From: Vicinamibacterales bacterium
GTDB lineage: Bacteria > Acidobacteriota > Vicinamibacteria > Vicinamibacterales > UBA8438
Direction of reading: 5' to 3'
Length of the DNA: 64,000 nucleotides
Assembly: GCA_965200475.1 (NCBI GenBank)
Contig: CBDAUL010000004.1
Coordinates: 71,303 to 135,302 of the forward strand
Position numbers and translations under genes: made by a program
Shown here: in pieces, positions 1 through 10,505 of the stretch
Layout: every line of letters begins with the position of its first letter
Position numbering within the stretch: position 1 is the stretch's first letter
The notes under the pieces: model-generated
The model's input: the letters and a program-made list of their open reading frames with translations, nothing else
What the model was told of the DNA's origin: nothing
Databases searched by the model: none

Positions 1-1
1 C

Positions 2-211
2 GTGCAGCGCCTCCTCGATCCCTTTCGCGAGCTCGCCGTGGACCGGGACGTGGCGGAGCGCGCCGGCCGTATCCGACGCGAGACCGGCATCGCCGCCCCG
101 GACGCCCTGATTGCCGCCACGGCCATCGCGCACGACCTGACGCTGCTCACCCGCAACCGCCGGGACTTCGAGGCGGTCAAGCGCCTGCGAATCAGGGACC
201 CGGGCCGGTAG
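2..211 (+). CDS. PIN-domain (VapC-like) toxin, C-terminal part, truncated at window edge
   Basis: DALIAATAIAHDLTLLTRNRRDF is the typical PIN/VapC C-terminal motif. Confidence 0.85.
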   Translation: MQRLLDPFRELAVDRDVAERAGRIRRETGIAAPDALIAATAIAHDLTLLTRNRRDFEAVKRLRIRDPGR

Positions 212-229
212 GAGTCCGCGCCGTTCCAC

Positions 230-2197
230 CTACCCGGGCAGCCGGTACGCGATGAGCTCGCCCGGGAAGCCGGCGCCGCCGATCGCCATGACGATGTACT
301 GCCGCCCCTCGTGCAGGTAGGTCATCGGCGCCCCGCCGGATACCGACGCCGGCATGTAGACCGCCCCGACCTCCTCGCCCGTCGCCTTGTCGTAGGCCCG
401 CAGCATCGCGCCCACCGCCCCGGACGGCGTCGTGAACGTACCCGTCTCGGCGGCGATCAGCAGCGTCTTCGTGACCAGCGTGCCGACGCGTCCCGCGCGG
501 CCCGTGCGGGGGATGTCCAGGCCCGCCAGATCCGGGTGGTTCCGCACGTTGTCCGGCGTCTCGCCGTGCGCGATCTGCCACAGGATGTCGCCCGTCTGCA
601 GGTCGATCGCGCTGATGCGCCCCCACGGCGGCTTGACCAGCGGCAGCCCGCGGATGTTCAGCGCCCGGCGCGGCGCGGGCACGCCCGGCGGGTTGCCGCG
701 GATGAAGTCCATGTCGGAGCGCTCCGGATCGTGCACCAGACCCAGCGAAACCACCTGGGTGTACGAGTACTGGTAGAAGATGTCGGTCTCGGGATCGACC
801 GAGCCCCCCGGCCAGGTGGCGCCGCCGCCGGTCGACGGCAGCATCAGCGTCCCGTAGGGGCCGTCGGTCTCCGCCACCACGGGCGGCGTGAAGATCGGCC
901 CGATCCGGAAGTTCGACACCAGCTCCTCGGCCTCCGCGCGCAGCTCCGGCGTGAAGTCGATCAGGTCGTCGATGCTCACCCCCTGCCGGTCGTAGGCCGG
1001 CGGGTGCGTCGGGAACGGCTGCGTCCGCGACAGCAGCTCGCCCGGCACGTCCGACGGCGGCATCTCCCGCTCCTCGATCGGCCAGATCGGCTCGCCCGTC
1101 ACCCGGTCGAGCACGTACAGCCACGACTGCTTGCTCGGCTGCACCAGCAGCTTGCGCTCGACCCCGTCGATCTCCACGTCGACCAGCACCGGCGCGCACG
1201 GAAAGTCCCAGTCCCACACGTCGTGATGAATGGCCTGCAGGTGCCACAGCCGCTCGCCCGTGTCGATGTCCACCGCCACGATGCTGTCCGAGAACAGGTT
1301 GTCCCCGTGCCGATGGCCGCCGTAGTAGTCGTTCGTCGGCATCTCCGTCGGCAGATACACGATGCCCAGCTCCAGGTCCGCGCTGATCTGCCCCCACACG
1401 CCCGTGTTGCCCGTGTAGCGCCACGAGTCGTTCAGCCACGTGTCGTTGCCGTACTCGTCCGCACCGGGAATCGTGTGGAAGATCCACTTGCGCACGCCCG
1501 TGGTCGCGTCGAAGCCCCGCACGTAGCCCTTCGTGTTGCGCATCGAGCGCGGCGCGCTGCCCGGCACGTGCGCCGCGCCCACCACCACCGTGTCGCCCGC
1601 CACCAGCGGCGTCGCGTGCAGGCCGATCTCCCCCGCCAGCGGGTCGATGTCCTGATCCATGTTCAGCATCAGGTCCACCATGCCGTCGTCGCCGAAGTCG
1701 GCCAGCCGCACGCCCGTCTTCGCGTTCAGCCCGATCAGCCGGTAGCCCGGCGTCACGTAGAAGATCTGCCCGTCGCCCCCGTCGTCGCGGTACGCCAGGC
1801 CCCGTCCCGACCGCCGCCGCGGCGCGTTCTCCGCCCGCTCGCCCTCGTCGATCCGGTGCATCCACAGCAGCTCGCCCGTCGCCGCGTCCGCCGCGATCGC
1901 CGCCCGCCGCAGCCCGGCCGTCGTGTAGACGACGCCGTCGACCATCAGCGGCGTCGACTGGAAGTTGTACTCCGGCGCCGGGCCGAAGTTGTCCGTCTTC
2001 AGCCGCCAGGCCACCTCCAGCTCGTCGAAGTTCTCCGTCGTGATCTGGTCGAGCGGCGCGTAGCGCGTGTTCGCGATGTCCCCGCCGTAGCTCCGCCACT
2101 CGCCGTTGTCGGTCTGCCCCGCCGCCGGCACGACGCCCGCCGCCAGCAGCCCGACGAGCGTCACCACCGACGCGACGCGCTGTGCATGTGTTGGCAT
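230..2197 (-). CDS. PQQ-dependent (quinoprotein glucose-type) dehydrogenase, copy 1, secreted
   Basis: Signal peptide; [46 protein letters not shown] and PMTY..GRQYIV motifs; start taken at MPTHAQ (2197). Confidence 0.9.
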   Translation of the reverse strand: MPTHAQRVASVVTLVGLLAAGVVPAAGQTDNGEWRSYGGDIANTRYAPLDQITTENFDELEVAWRLKTDNFGPAPEYNFQSTPLMVDGVVYTTAGLRRAAIAADAATGELLWMHRIDEGERAENAPRRRSGRGLAYRDDGGDGQIFYVTPGYRLIGLNAKTGVRLADFGDDGMVDLMLNMDQDIDPLAGEIGLHATPLVAGDTVVVGAAHVPGSAPRSMRNTKGYVRGFDATTGVRKWIFHTIPGADEYGNDTWLNDSWRYTGNTGVWGQISADLELGIVYLPTEMPTNDYYGGHRHGDNLFSDSIVAVDIDTGERLWHLQAIHHDVWDWDFPCAPVLVDVEIDGVERKLLVQPSKQSWLYVLDRVTGEPIWPIEEREMPPSDVPGELLSRTQPFPTHPPAYDRQGVSIDDLIDFTPELRAEAEELVSNFRIGPIFTPPVVAETDGPYGTLMLPSTGGGATWPGGSVDPETDIFYQYSYTQVVSLGLVHDPERSDMDFIRGNPPGVPAPRRALNIRGLPLVKPPWGRISAIDLQTGDILWQIAHGETPDNVRNHPDLAGLDIPRTGRAGRVGTLVTKTLLIAAETGTFTTPSGAVGAMLRAYDKATGEEVGAVYMPASVSGGAPMTYLHEGRQYIVMAIGGAGFPGELIAYRLPG

Positions 2198-2282
2198 GTT
2201 CGACTCCCTTGATCCGCCCGGCCGTGGGCGAAGAATAGCAAATTCGGCCATGCGCCCGACCCGATTCGATACGATGGCGCTG

Positions 2283-3332
2283 ATGAGCGCGTCACCCCCC
2301 GGCGGATCGACGAGCCGCGACCTGGCCTACCAGGCGGCGATCCTGCGCGGCGTTTCCCGCACGTTCGCCCTCAACATTCCCCAGCTCCCGGACGCGCTGC
2401 GCGACGTGGTCGGCAACGTCTACGCCCTGTGCCGCATCGCGGACACGATCGAGGACGAGCCGGCGCTGTCCCCCGCGCAGAAGCGGGCGTTCTCGGAGCG
2501 CTTCATCGAGGTGGTGACCGGACGCGGCGACGCGGCGGCATTCTCCCGGGAGCTCGGCCCGCGGCTGTCGTCGTCGAGCACCGGGCACGAACAGGACCTG
2601 GTGGCCAACACCGCCCGGATAGTCCGCATCACCGGGGGCCTCGGCGCCGCCCAGCGCCGCGCCGTCGAGCGCTGCGTGCGGATCATGTCGCGCGGCATGG
2701 CGGAGTTCCAGCAGCAGGCCGGCGCCGCCGGCCTGCGGGACGTCCCCCACCTGAACCGCTACTGCTACTGCGTCGCGGGCGTCGTCGGCGAGACGCTCAC
2801 CGAGCTGTTCTGCGACTACTCGGCGGAGATCGGCGAGCGGCGCGAGGAGCTGCTGCCGCTGTCGGTGTCCTTCGGTCAGGGGCTGCAGATGGTCAACATC
2901 CTCAAGGACGTCTGGGAGGACCAGCGGCGCGGCGCGTGCTGGCTGCCGCGCGACGTGTTCCAGGCCGCCGGCTGCGAGCTGCGCGCCCTGTCGCCGGGGC
3001 AGCCCGGCCCCGGCTTCGTCGAGGGGCTGTCGCACCTCGTGGCCCTCGCGCACCGCCATCTGGCGCACGCGCTGCGCTTCGTCCTCGCCATCCCGCGCGG
3101 CGAGACCGGCATCCGCCGCTTCTGTCTCTGGCCGCTGGGCATGGCGGTGCTCACGCTGCAGCGCATCCATGCCACGCCGGCCTTCCGCAGCGGCAGCGAC
3201 GTCAAGATCTCGCGCCGCAGCGTGCGGGCCGTCACCGCCGTCACCAGCCTGCTGACGCGCTCGAACCCGGCCCTGACGCTGCTCTTCAGGGGACTGACGC
3301 GGGGCCTGCCGCGGACCCCCGAGCCAGCCTGA
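2283..3332 (+). CDS. Squalene/phytoene synthase family protein (squalene synthase-like)
   Basis: [41 protein letters not shown] and VKISR motifs; start at 2283 lies 7 nt after a TACGAT -10 box. Confidence 0.88.
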   Translation: MSASPPGGSTSRDLAYQAAILRGVSRTFALNIPQLPDALRDVVGNVYALCRIADTIEDEPALSPAQKRAFSERFIEVVTGRGDAAAFSRELGPRLSSSSTGHEQDLVANTARIVRITGGLGAAQRRAVERCVRIMSRGMAEFQQQAGAAGLRDVPHLNRYCYCVAGVVGETLTELFCDYSAEIGERREELLPLSVSFGQGLQMVNILKDVWEDQRRGACWLPRDVFQAAGCELRALSPGQPGPGFVEGLSHLVALAHRHLAHALRFVLAIPRGETGIRRFCLWPLGMAVLTLQRIHATPAFRSGSDVKISRRSVRAVTAVTSLLTRSNPALTLLFRGLTRGLPRTPEPA

Positions 3333-3339
3333 CAGACGC

Positions 3340-5304
3340 CTACCCGGGCAGCCTGTACGCGATGAGCTCGCCCGGGACGCCGGCGCCGCCGATCGCCATG
3401 ACGATGTACTGCCGCCCCTCGTGCAGGTAGGTCATCGGCGCGCCGGACACCGACGCCGGCATGTAGACCGCCCCGACCTCCTCGCCCGTCGCCTTGTCGT
3501 AGGCCCGCAGCATCGCGCCCACCGCGCCCGACGGCGTCGTGAACGTACCGGGCTCGGCCGCGATCAGCAGCGTCTTCGTGATGAGCGTCCCGACGCGTCC
3601 GATGCGGCCGGTGCGCGGGATGTCCAGGCCCGCCAGATCCGGGTGGTTCCGCACGTTGTCCGGTGTCTCGCCGTGCGCGATCTGCCACAGGATGTCGCCC
3701 GTCTGCAGGTCGATCGCGCTGATGCGCCCCCACGGCGGCTTGACCAGCGGCAACCCGCGGATGTTCAGCGCCCGGCGCGGCGCCGGCACGCCCGGCGGAT
3801 TGCCGCGGATGTAGTTCATGTCCGAGCGCTCCGGGTCGTTCACGAGCCCCAGCGAGGTGACCTGCGTGAAGGAGTACTGGTAGAAGATGTCAGTCTCGGG
3901 ATCGACCGAGCCCCCCGGCCAGTTTGCGCCGCCGCCCGCCGACGGCAGCATCAGCGTCCCGTAGGGGCCGTCGGTCTCCGCCACCACGGGCGGCGTGAAG
4001 ATCGGCCCGATCCGGAAGTTCGACACCAGCTCCTCGGCCTCCGCGCGCAGCTCCGGCGTGAAGTCGATCAGGTCGTCGATGCTCACCCCCTGCCGGTCGT
4101 AGGCCGGCGGGTGCGTCGGGAACGGCTGCGTCCGCGACAGCAGCTCGCCCGGCACGTCCGACGGCGGCATCTCCCGCTCCTCGATCGGCCAGATCGGCTC
4201 GCCCGTCACCCGGTCGAGCACGTACAGCCACGACTGCTTGCTCGGCTGCACCAGCAGCTTGCGCTCGACCCCGTCGATCTCCACGTCGACCAGCACCGGC
4301 GCGCACGGAAAGTCCCAGTCCCACACGTCGTGGTGGATCGCCTGCAGGTGCCACAGCCGCTCGCCCGTGTCGATGTCCACCGCCACGATGCTGTCCGAGA
4401 ACAGGTTGTCCCCGTGCCGATGCCCGCCGTAGTAGTCGTTCGTCGGCATCTCCGTCGGCAGATACACGATGCCCAGCTCCAGGTCCGCGCTGATCTGCCC
4501 CCACACGCCCGTGTTGCCCGTGTAGCGCCACGAATCGTTCAGCCACGAGTCGTTGCCGTACTCGTCCGCGCCGGGAATCGTGTGGAAGATCCACTTGCGC
4601 ACGCCCGTGGTCGCGTCGAAGCCCCGCACGTAGCCCTTCGTGTTGCGCATCGAGCGCGGCGCGCTGCCCGGCACGTGCGCCGCGCCCACCACCACCGTGT
4701 CGCCCGCCACCAGCGGCGTCGCGTGCAGGCCGATCTCCCCCGCCAGCGGGTCGATGTCCTGATCCATGTTCAGCATCAGGTCCACCATGCCGTCGTCGCC
4801 GAAGTCGGCCAGCCGCACGCCCGTCTTCGCGTTCAGCCCGATCAGCCGGTAGCCCGGCGTCACGTAGAAGATCTGCCCGTCGCCCCCGTCGTCGCGGTAC
4901 GCCAGGCCCCGTCCCGACCGCCGCCGCGGCGCGTTCTCCGCCCGCTCGCCCTCGTCGATCCGGTGCATCCACAGCAGCTCGCCCGTCGCCGCGTCCGCCG
5001 CGATCGCCGCCCGCCGCAGCCCGGCCGTCGTGTAGACGACGCCGTCGACCATCAGCGGCGTCGACTGGAAGTTGTACTCCGGCGCCGGGCCGAAGTTGTC
5101 CGTCTTCAGCCGCCAGGCCACCTCCAGCTCGTCGAAGTTCTCCGTCGTGATCTGGTCGAGCGGCGCGTAGCGCGTGTTCGCGATGTCGCCGCCGTAGCTC
5201 CGCCACTCGCCGTCGTCGGTCTGACCCGCCGCCGGCCAGGCGCCGGCCGCCGCCAGCCCGACGAGCATCACGACCGATGCGACACGCGTTGCATGTGTTG
5301 ACAT
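3340..5304 (-). CDS. PQQ-dependent dehydrogenase, copy 2, secreted
   Basis: Near-identical paralog of 230..2197; GGANWPGG motif; start MSTHAT at 5304. Confidence 0.9.
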   Translation of the reverse strand: MSTHATRVASVVMLVGLAAAGAWPAAGQTDDGEWRSYGGDIANTRYAPLDQITTENFDELEVAWRLKTDNFGPAPEYNFQSTPLMVDGVVYTTAGLRRAAIAADAATGELLWMHRIDEGERAENAPRRRSGRGLAYRDDGGDGQIFYVTPGYRLIGLNAKTGVRLADFGDDGMVDLMLNMDQDIDPLAGEIGLHATPLVAGDTVVVGAAHVPGSAPRSMRNTKGYVRGFDATTGVRKWIFHTIPGADEYGNDSWLNDSWRYTGNTGVWGQISADLELGIVYLPTEMPTNDYYGGHRHGDNLFSDSIVAVDIDTGERLWHLQAIHHDVWDWDFPCAPVLVDVEIDGVERKLLVQPSKQSWLYVLDRVTGEPIWPIEEREMPPSDVPGELLSRTQPFPTHPPAYDRQGVSIDDLIDFTPELRAEAEELVSNFRIGPIFTPPVVAETDGPYGTLMLPSAGGGANWPGGSVDPETDIFYQYSFTQVTSLGLVNDPERSDMNYIRGNPPGVPAPRRALNIRGLPLVKPPWGRISAIDLQTGDILWQIAHGETPDNVRNHPDLAGLDIPRTGRIGRVGTLITKTLLIAAEPGTFTTPSGAVGAMLRAYDKATGEEVGAVYMPASVSGAPMTYLHEGRQYIVMAIGGAGVPGELIAYRLPG

Positions 5305-5342
5305 CTTCGACTCCAATTGCCGTGAATCGGACGACTCGTGCA

Positions 5343-5363
5343 AGTCACTGATTGGCAGTGACT
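5343..5363. promoter_or_regulatory. 8-5-8 inverted repeat, candidate operator upstream of PQQ dehydrogenase copy 2
   Basis: AGTCACTG-attgg-CAGTGACT about 40 nt upstream of the start, in a locally AT-richer intergenic region. Confidence 0.45.
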
Positions 5364-5428
5364 CAACGAACTTGTGACGCTACTGTCCCCACGCCCGCAC
5401 CCCACGGGGTTCGATAGTGGGCGCGAGG

Positions 5429-5635
5429 CTATTGCCTGGGCTTCCGATCCGCGAGGAGGATGTTGTCGATGCGGGTGTTCACATCCCGGATTGCTGCCGA
5501 CAGCTTGTTGTCGACGCCCGTGATCTGCGCGGTCAGGTCGCGGCGCACGCTGTCCACCTGCACCGTCACGATTCGCCAGACGCCGATCAGGACGCCGACC
5601 CCCGTCAACACCGTTGCGAGCACGTCCGCGCTCAT
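5429..5635 (-). CDS. Small single-TM protein with coiled-coil tail (68 aa)
   Basis: MSADVLATVLTGVGVLIGVW hydrophobic helix followed by a heptad-like segment; TAGAAT 7 nt before the ATG. Confidence 0.65.
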   Translation of the reverse strand: MSADVLATVLTGVGVLIGVWRIVTVQVDSVRRDLTAQITGVDNKLSAAIRDVNTRIDNILLADRKPRQ

Positions 5636-5780
5636 GAATCCGATTCTACCTGACGTCCCCGGGAAAATGCCGGCGCAGCAGGTCAACGGGGTGCTGAAGC
5701 CCCTCGCAGCCGCGCCCCGGCGATCTCCTCCCCGGGGTCGATGATCACACCGGGTCGGTCGTGTCCGGATTCGCCGTCCG

Positions 5781-7571
5781 TCAGGTGCGCTCGAAACGCT
5801 TCTCGAGCTCCTCGCGCGTGAGCCGCAGGAGCACCGGCCGGCCGTGGGGGCAGACGGTCGAGTAGGCGGTGCGCCGCAGCTCCCGGAGCATCCAGGTCAT
5901 CTTCTCCGGCGTCAGGCGGTCGTTCGCCTTGACGGCCGCGTGGCATGCCGTGCTGGCCGCGATGCGGGCGAGCGCCTCGTCCACGGCTGCGCCGTCGTCC
6001 AGGCCGTCGAGGTCCTCGGCCAGCGCGCGGACGGCCGCCTCGCAGTCGCCCCGGCCCAGCAGGCCGGGGACTGCCGTCACCTGCACGCTGTCGCCGCCGA
6101 ACGGATGGATCTCGAAGCCGAGCCGGGCCAGGGTTCCGGCGTGCGCCCGCAGGGCCTCGCGCGCGCCGGCTGGCAGGGCGATCAGCAGCGGCTCGAGCAG
6201 CCGCTGCGATTCCAGGACGCCGTCCGCCAGACGCGCGAGGACCTGCTCGTGGAGGATGCGCTCGTGGGCGACGTGCTGGTCCACGATGACCACCCCGTCG
6301 TTGTCGACGGCGATGATGAACGTGTCCCGGAACTGTCCCAGCGGAATCAAGGGGGCCTGCTCCGGGCCGGGCGCCGCCGACCCGTCGGCGCCGGCCCCCG
6401 GCCGCGACTCGCGGACCGCGTCCGCCTGCCCGCCCGGCGGACCCGGCGCCGGGTCCGGCTCACGGAACGCCTCCGTCACGGGGGCCCAGCGGCTGGCCGC
6501 CGCCATGCCGGCGACGACGCCCGGAATGGCTGCCGGGCGCGGCTCGGGCGGGCTCGGGCGCGCGGCCGCAAGCGGCACCTCGGGCACGACCTCCTGTCCG
6601 AGCGCGTCGGCGAAGGCGCGCCTGACTACCTCGTGGACCAGCGACTGCTCGAGAAACCGGACCTCGGCCTTCGTCGGATGGACGTTGACGTCGACCCGCT
6701 CCGGCGGCAGCTCGACGAACAGGTGCACCTCGGGGCTGCGCGGCTTCACGGTCGCGCGGCTGTAGGCCTCGTTCACCGCGTGCAGGATGGTCCGGTCCCG
6801 TACCGCGCGGCCGTTGACGAACAGGTGCTGCGGCCCGCGGGTGGGCGCGTCCCCGGCCAGCGCGGCCGCCCGGCCGTACAGGCGGATGCCCCCCGCCTCC
6901 TTCCGTACGTCGACGAGATCCGGCCGCTCGCCGTACACCTGGAAGAACCGCTCGGCCAGACTCGCCGCCGGCGGGTAGTGGAAGACGGTGCGGGGACCGC
7001 TCTGCAACCGGAAGCCGACCGTGGCGTGCGCCAGGGCGAGCTGCGTCAGCGCGCGCGAGACGTGCCCCGTCTCGGCGCCGTCCGACTTCAGGAACTTGCG
7101 CCGCGCCGGCACGTTGCAGAACAGGTCGCGGACCTCGACGCTCGTCCCCTCGGGCAGCCCGGCCTCCGCGACCCCCGCCAGGGCGCCGCCCGACACCCGC
7201 ACCTCGATCCCCGTCGACGCGCCGCGCGCGCGCGTGCGCAACCGCAGGCGGGAGACCGACGCGATGCTGGGCAGGGCCTCGCCCCGGAAGCCGAGCGTGC
7301 CGATCGCGGCGAGATCGTCGACGCTGCCGATCTTGCTCGTCGCGTGGCGCTCGACCGCGAGCTCGGCGTCGCCCGGCGTCATCCCCTCGCCGTCGTCCTC
7401 GACCCGGATGAGCCGCTTGCCGCCGAGCTCGATCGCCACCGCCACGCGCGCGGCGCCCGCGTCCAGGCTGTTCTCGACGAGCTCCTTGACCGCCGACGCA
7501 GGGCGCTCGACGACCTCGCCGGCCGCGATCTGGTTGGCGAGCTCCGGGGGCAGCCGATTGATCCTGCCCAT
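5781..7571 (-). CDS. mutL: DNA mismatch repair endonuclease MutL
   Basis: NQIAAGEVVERPAS, GFRGEALPSI, VDVNVHPTK, DQHVAHER and CPHGRP motifs. Confidence 0.97.
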   Translation of the reverse strand: MGRINRLPPELANQIAAGEVVERPASAVKELVENSLDAGAARVAVAIELGGKRLIRVEDDGEGMTPGDAELAVERHATSKIGSVDDLAAIGTLGFRGEALPSIASVSRLRLRTRARGASTGIEVRVSGGALAGVAEAGLPEGTSVEVRDLFCNVPARRKFLKSDGAETGHVSRALTQLALAHATVGFRLQSGPRTVFHYPPAASLAERFFQVYGERPDLVDVRKEAGGIRLYGRAAALAGDAPTRGPQHLFVNGRAVRDRTILHAVNEAYSRATVKPRSPEVHLFVELPPERVDVNVHPTKAEVRFLEQSLVHEVVRRAFADALGQEVVPEVPLAAARPSPPEPRPAAIPGVVAGMAAASRWAPVTEAFREPDPAPGPPGGQADAVRESRPGAGADGSAAPGPEQAPLIPLGQFRDTFIIAVDNDGVVIVDQHVAHERILHEQVLARLADGVLESQRLLEPLLIALPAGAREALRAHAGTLARLGFEIHPFGGDSVQVTAVPGLLGRGDCEAAVRALAEDLDGLDDGAAVDEALARIAASTACHAAVKANDRLTPEKMTWMLRELRRTAYSTVCPHGRPVLLRLTREELEKRFERT

Positions 7572-7581
7572 GCAGCCACAG

Positions 7582-10359
7582 TCAGCGGCGCGCGAGCGCC
7601 GCCTGCGCCGCCGCCAGGCGCGCGGTCGGGACGCGGAACGGCGAGGCGCTGACGTAGTCGAGGCCGACGTCCTCGAAGAAGTCGATCGAGGCGGGGTCGC
7701 CGCCATGCTCGCCGCACACGCCGAGCTTGAGCTTCGCCCGCGCGCCGCGCCCCCGCTCCACGCCGATGCGCACCAGCGCGCCGACGCCCTCCGCGTCGAT
7801 CGACTCGAACGGATCGCGGGTCAGGATGCCGCGGTCCTGGTAGTCCTTGAGGAACTTGCCGATGTCGTCGCGGGAGAACCCGAACGCCAGTTGCGTCAGG
7901 TCGTTCGTGCCGAACGAGAAGAAATCCGCGTCCGCGGCGATCTCGCCCGCCACGAGCACGGCGCGCGGGAGCTCGATCATGGTCCCGACCAGGTACTTCA
8001 CCTTGACCCCGGCCACGCCCATCGTCTCGGACGCCATCCGGTCGATCACCGCCTTCTGGTCGCGGAACTCGCCGACGTCTCCCACGAGCGGCACCATGAT
8101 CTCGGGCACGACCCTGACGCCCTCCCCGGCCAGCCGGCAGGCCGCCTCGATGATGGCGCGCGCCTGCATCTCCGCGATCTCGGGATAGCTGATGGCCAGC
8201 CGCACGCCGCGGTGTCCCATCATGGGATTGAACTCGTGGAGCTGCTCGACGCGCCGCAGCAGCGCCCGCTTCTCCTCGAGTCCCTCCGTCCGGCCCTGCG
8301 CCTCCGCGCGCGCGATCTCGACCATCAGCTCCTCGCGCTTCGGCAGGAACTCGTGCAGCGGCGGGTCGATCAGCCGGATCGTCACGGGCTGGCCCCGCAT
8401 CGCCTTGAACACGCCGTAGAAGTCCTCGCGCTGCAGCGGCAGCAGCTCGTCGAGCGCCGCGCGCCGCGCGGCCTCGGTCTCGGCCAGGATCATGCGCTGC
8501 ACGATCGGGATCCGATCCTCACCGAAGAACATGTGCTCCGTGCGGCACAGGCCGATGCCGCGCGCGCCGAAGGCGTACGCCGTGGCGGCCTGGTCCGGCT
8601 GGTCGGCGTTGGCGCGGACGCCGAGCCGGCGCACCTTGTCGGCCCACTTCAACAGCCGGGAGAACCGCCCGTAGATGTCCGAGCGGCGCTGGCTGAGCTG
8701 GCCGGCCAGCACCTGCAGGATCTCGCTCGGCCGAGTGGCGACACGACCGATCTTCACCTCGCCGCTCAACCCGTCGAACGAAACGTAGTCGCCCTGCTCG
8801 AACCGCTGCCCGTTGACCGTCACCACCCGCTCGGACTCCGAGACGTGGAGCTCGCCGGCCCCGACCACCGACGGCTTGCCCATCTGGCGGCCGACCACCG
8901 CCGCGTGCGACGTCATGCCGCCCGTGGCCGTCAGCACGCCCTGCGCCACGTGCATGCCGTGGATGTCGTCCGGCACGGTTTCCTTGCGCACCAGCAGCAC
9001 GTCCCGGCCCTGCCTCGCCCAGCGCACCGCCTCGTCGGCAGTGAACACGACCTCCCCGCACGCCGCCCCGGGCGAGGCCGGCAGGCCGCGCGTCACCGCC
9101 GGCAGCGCCGCCCACGCCTCGGGGTCGAAAACCGGCGCCAGCAACTGCGTCAACGCGTCGGGGTCGACCATGCGCACGGCGTCCTCGGGCTCGATCACGC
9201 CCTCCGCGACCAGGTCGGTCGCAATCACCACCGCGGCATGCCCCGTGCGCTTTCCGTTGCGCGTCTGGAGCATGTACAGCTTCTCTTCCTCGATGGTGAA
9301 CTCGAAGTCCTGCACGTCGCGGTAGTGCTGCTCCAGCCGCTTGGTAATGGCGCGCAGCTCCTCGTAGGCCCGCGGCATCACCTGCTCCAGCTCCGCGATC
9401 GGCTGCGGCGTGCGGATGCCCGCCACGACGTCCTCGCCCTGCGCGTTGATCAGGAACTCGCCGTAGAACTCGTTGGCGCCGGTCGCCGGGTTGCGGGTGA
9501 AGCCGACGCCCGTCCCGGAGCGGTCGCCGGTGTTGCCGAACACCATCGCCTGCACGTTGACGGCCGTGCCGATGGCGTCGGGGATGTCGTAGATGCGGCG
9601 GTACTCCTTCGCGCGCGGGTTCTGCCACGAGCGGAAGACCGCGTCGCGCGCCATGCGGAGCTGGCGCCGTGCATCGAGCGGGAACGCCTCGCCGCTCTCC
9701 CGGATGACGACCGCCTTGAACCGCTCGACCACCTCGCGCAGCGCGACCTCGTCGAGCTCGGTGTCGAGCCTGGCGCCGCGGTGCGCCTTGACGCCGTCGA
9801 ACTCCTCCTCGAACGCCTCCTTCGGAATCTCGAGGACGACGTTGCCGAACATCTGGATGAAGCGGCGGTAGCTGTCGAAGGCGAAGCGGCCGTTGGAGGT
9901 GCGCGCCTTCAGCCCCTCGACCGCGCGGTCGTTCAGGCCGAGGTTCAGGATCGTATCCATCATCCCCGGCATGGAGAACCTGGCGCCCGAGCGGACCGAC
10001 ACGAGCAACGGCCTGTCCGCGGCGCCGAGCCTGGCGCCCGTGAGCTTCTCGAGCCGGCGGAGATGCGCCTCCATCTCCCGGTCGATGGCGGCCGGCACGC
10101 GGCGGCGCTGCGCGTAGTAGGCCGTGCACGCGTCGGTCGACACCGTGAAGCCGGGCGGCACCGGCAGCCCGGCGTTGGTCATCTCGGCGAGGTTGGCCCC
10201 CTTGCCGCCGAGCAGATCCCGCATCGTCCGGTCGCCCTCGGAGGCACCGCCGCCGAAAAAGTAGACGTGCTTGTGCTCGGGCTCGGCGGCTGCCGTCCTG
10301 CCGGCAGACTTGCGGGTGGATTTCCTCGGTGCGGTCTTCTTCGTCGGCGTCTTGGACAT
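7582..10359 (-). CDS. ppdK: Pyruvate, phosphate dikinase
   Basis: LLGGKGANLAEM, SVRSGA, GGMTSHAAVV, GIGLCRTEHMF, GTNDLTQ and CGEHGGDP motifs; start MSKTPTKK. Confidence 0.97.
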   Translation of the reverse strand: MSKTPTKKTAPRKSTRKSAGRTAAAEPEHKHVYFFGGGASEGDRTMRDLLGGKGANLAEMTNAGLPVPPGFTVSTDACTAYYAQRRRVPAAIDREMEAHLRRLEKLTGARLGAADRPLLVSVRSGARFSMPGMMDTILNLGLNDRAVEGLKARTSNGRFAFDSYRRFIQMFGNVVLEIPKEAFEEEFDGVKAHRGARLDTELDEVALREVVERFKAVVIRESGEAFPLDARRQLRMARDAVFRSWQNPRAKEYRRIYDIPDAIGTAVNVQAMVFGNTGDRSGTGVGFTRNPATGANEFYGEFLINAQGEDVVAGIRTPQPIAELEQVMPRAYEELRAITKRLEQHYRDVQDFEFTIEEEKLYMLQTRNGKRTGHAAVVIATDLVAEGVIEPEDAVRMVDPDALTQLLAPVFDPEAWAALPAVTRGLPASPGAACGEVVFTADEAVRWARQGRDVLLVRKETVPDDIHGMHVAQGVLTATGGMTSHAAVVGRQMGKPSVVGAGELHVSESERVVTVNGQRFEQGDYVSFDGLSGEVKIGRVATRPSEILQVLAGQLSQRRSDIYGRFSRLLKWADKVRRLGVRANADQPDQAATAYAFGARGIGLCRTEHMFFGEDRIPIVQRMILAETEAARRAALDELLPLQREDFYGVFKAMRGQPVTIRLIDPPLHEFLPKREELMVEIARAEAQGRTEGLEEKRALLRRVEQLHEFNPMMGHRGVRLAISYPEIAEMQARAIIEAACRLAGEGVRVVPEIMVPLVGDVGEFRDQKAVIDRMASETMGVAGVKVKYLVGTMIELPRAVLVAGEIAADADFFSFGTNDLTQLAFGFSRDDIGKFLKDYQDRGILTRDPFESIDAEGVGALVRIGVERGRGARAKLKLGVCGEHGGDPASIDFFEDVGLDYVSASPFRVPTARLAAAQAALARR

Positions 10360-10505
10360 GCGTTCTGGCCCGGGCGTCGCAGGGGTTCTCCGAACGGCGG
10401 ACTGGGGATCGACGGGCGGCTCGGCGCGCAGCGCGAACACGTATTCTAGCAGTCCGCGAGCGGCCCGCCCGACTCGGGGCCGCCGCCGGACCGCGGCGCG
10501 CCCCG

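Noticed and set aside
230-5304. PQQ paralogs as a diversity-generating retroelement template/variable pair
   Set aside because: Mismatches are not adenine-specific, both copies are full genes, and there is no reverse transcriptase in the window
5378-5410. IS4-TIR-like sequence (TACTGTCCCCAC)
   Set aside because: Short gapped match with no partner end or TSD; compatible with chance
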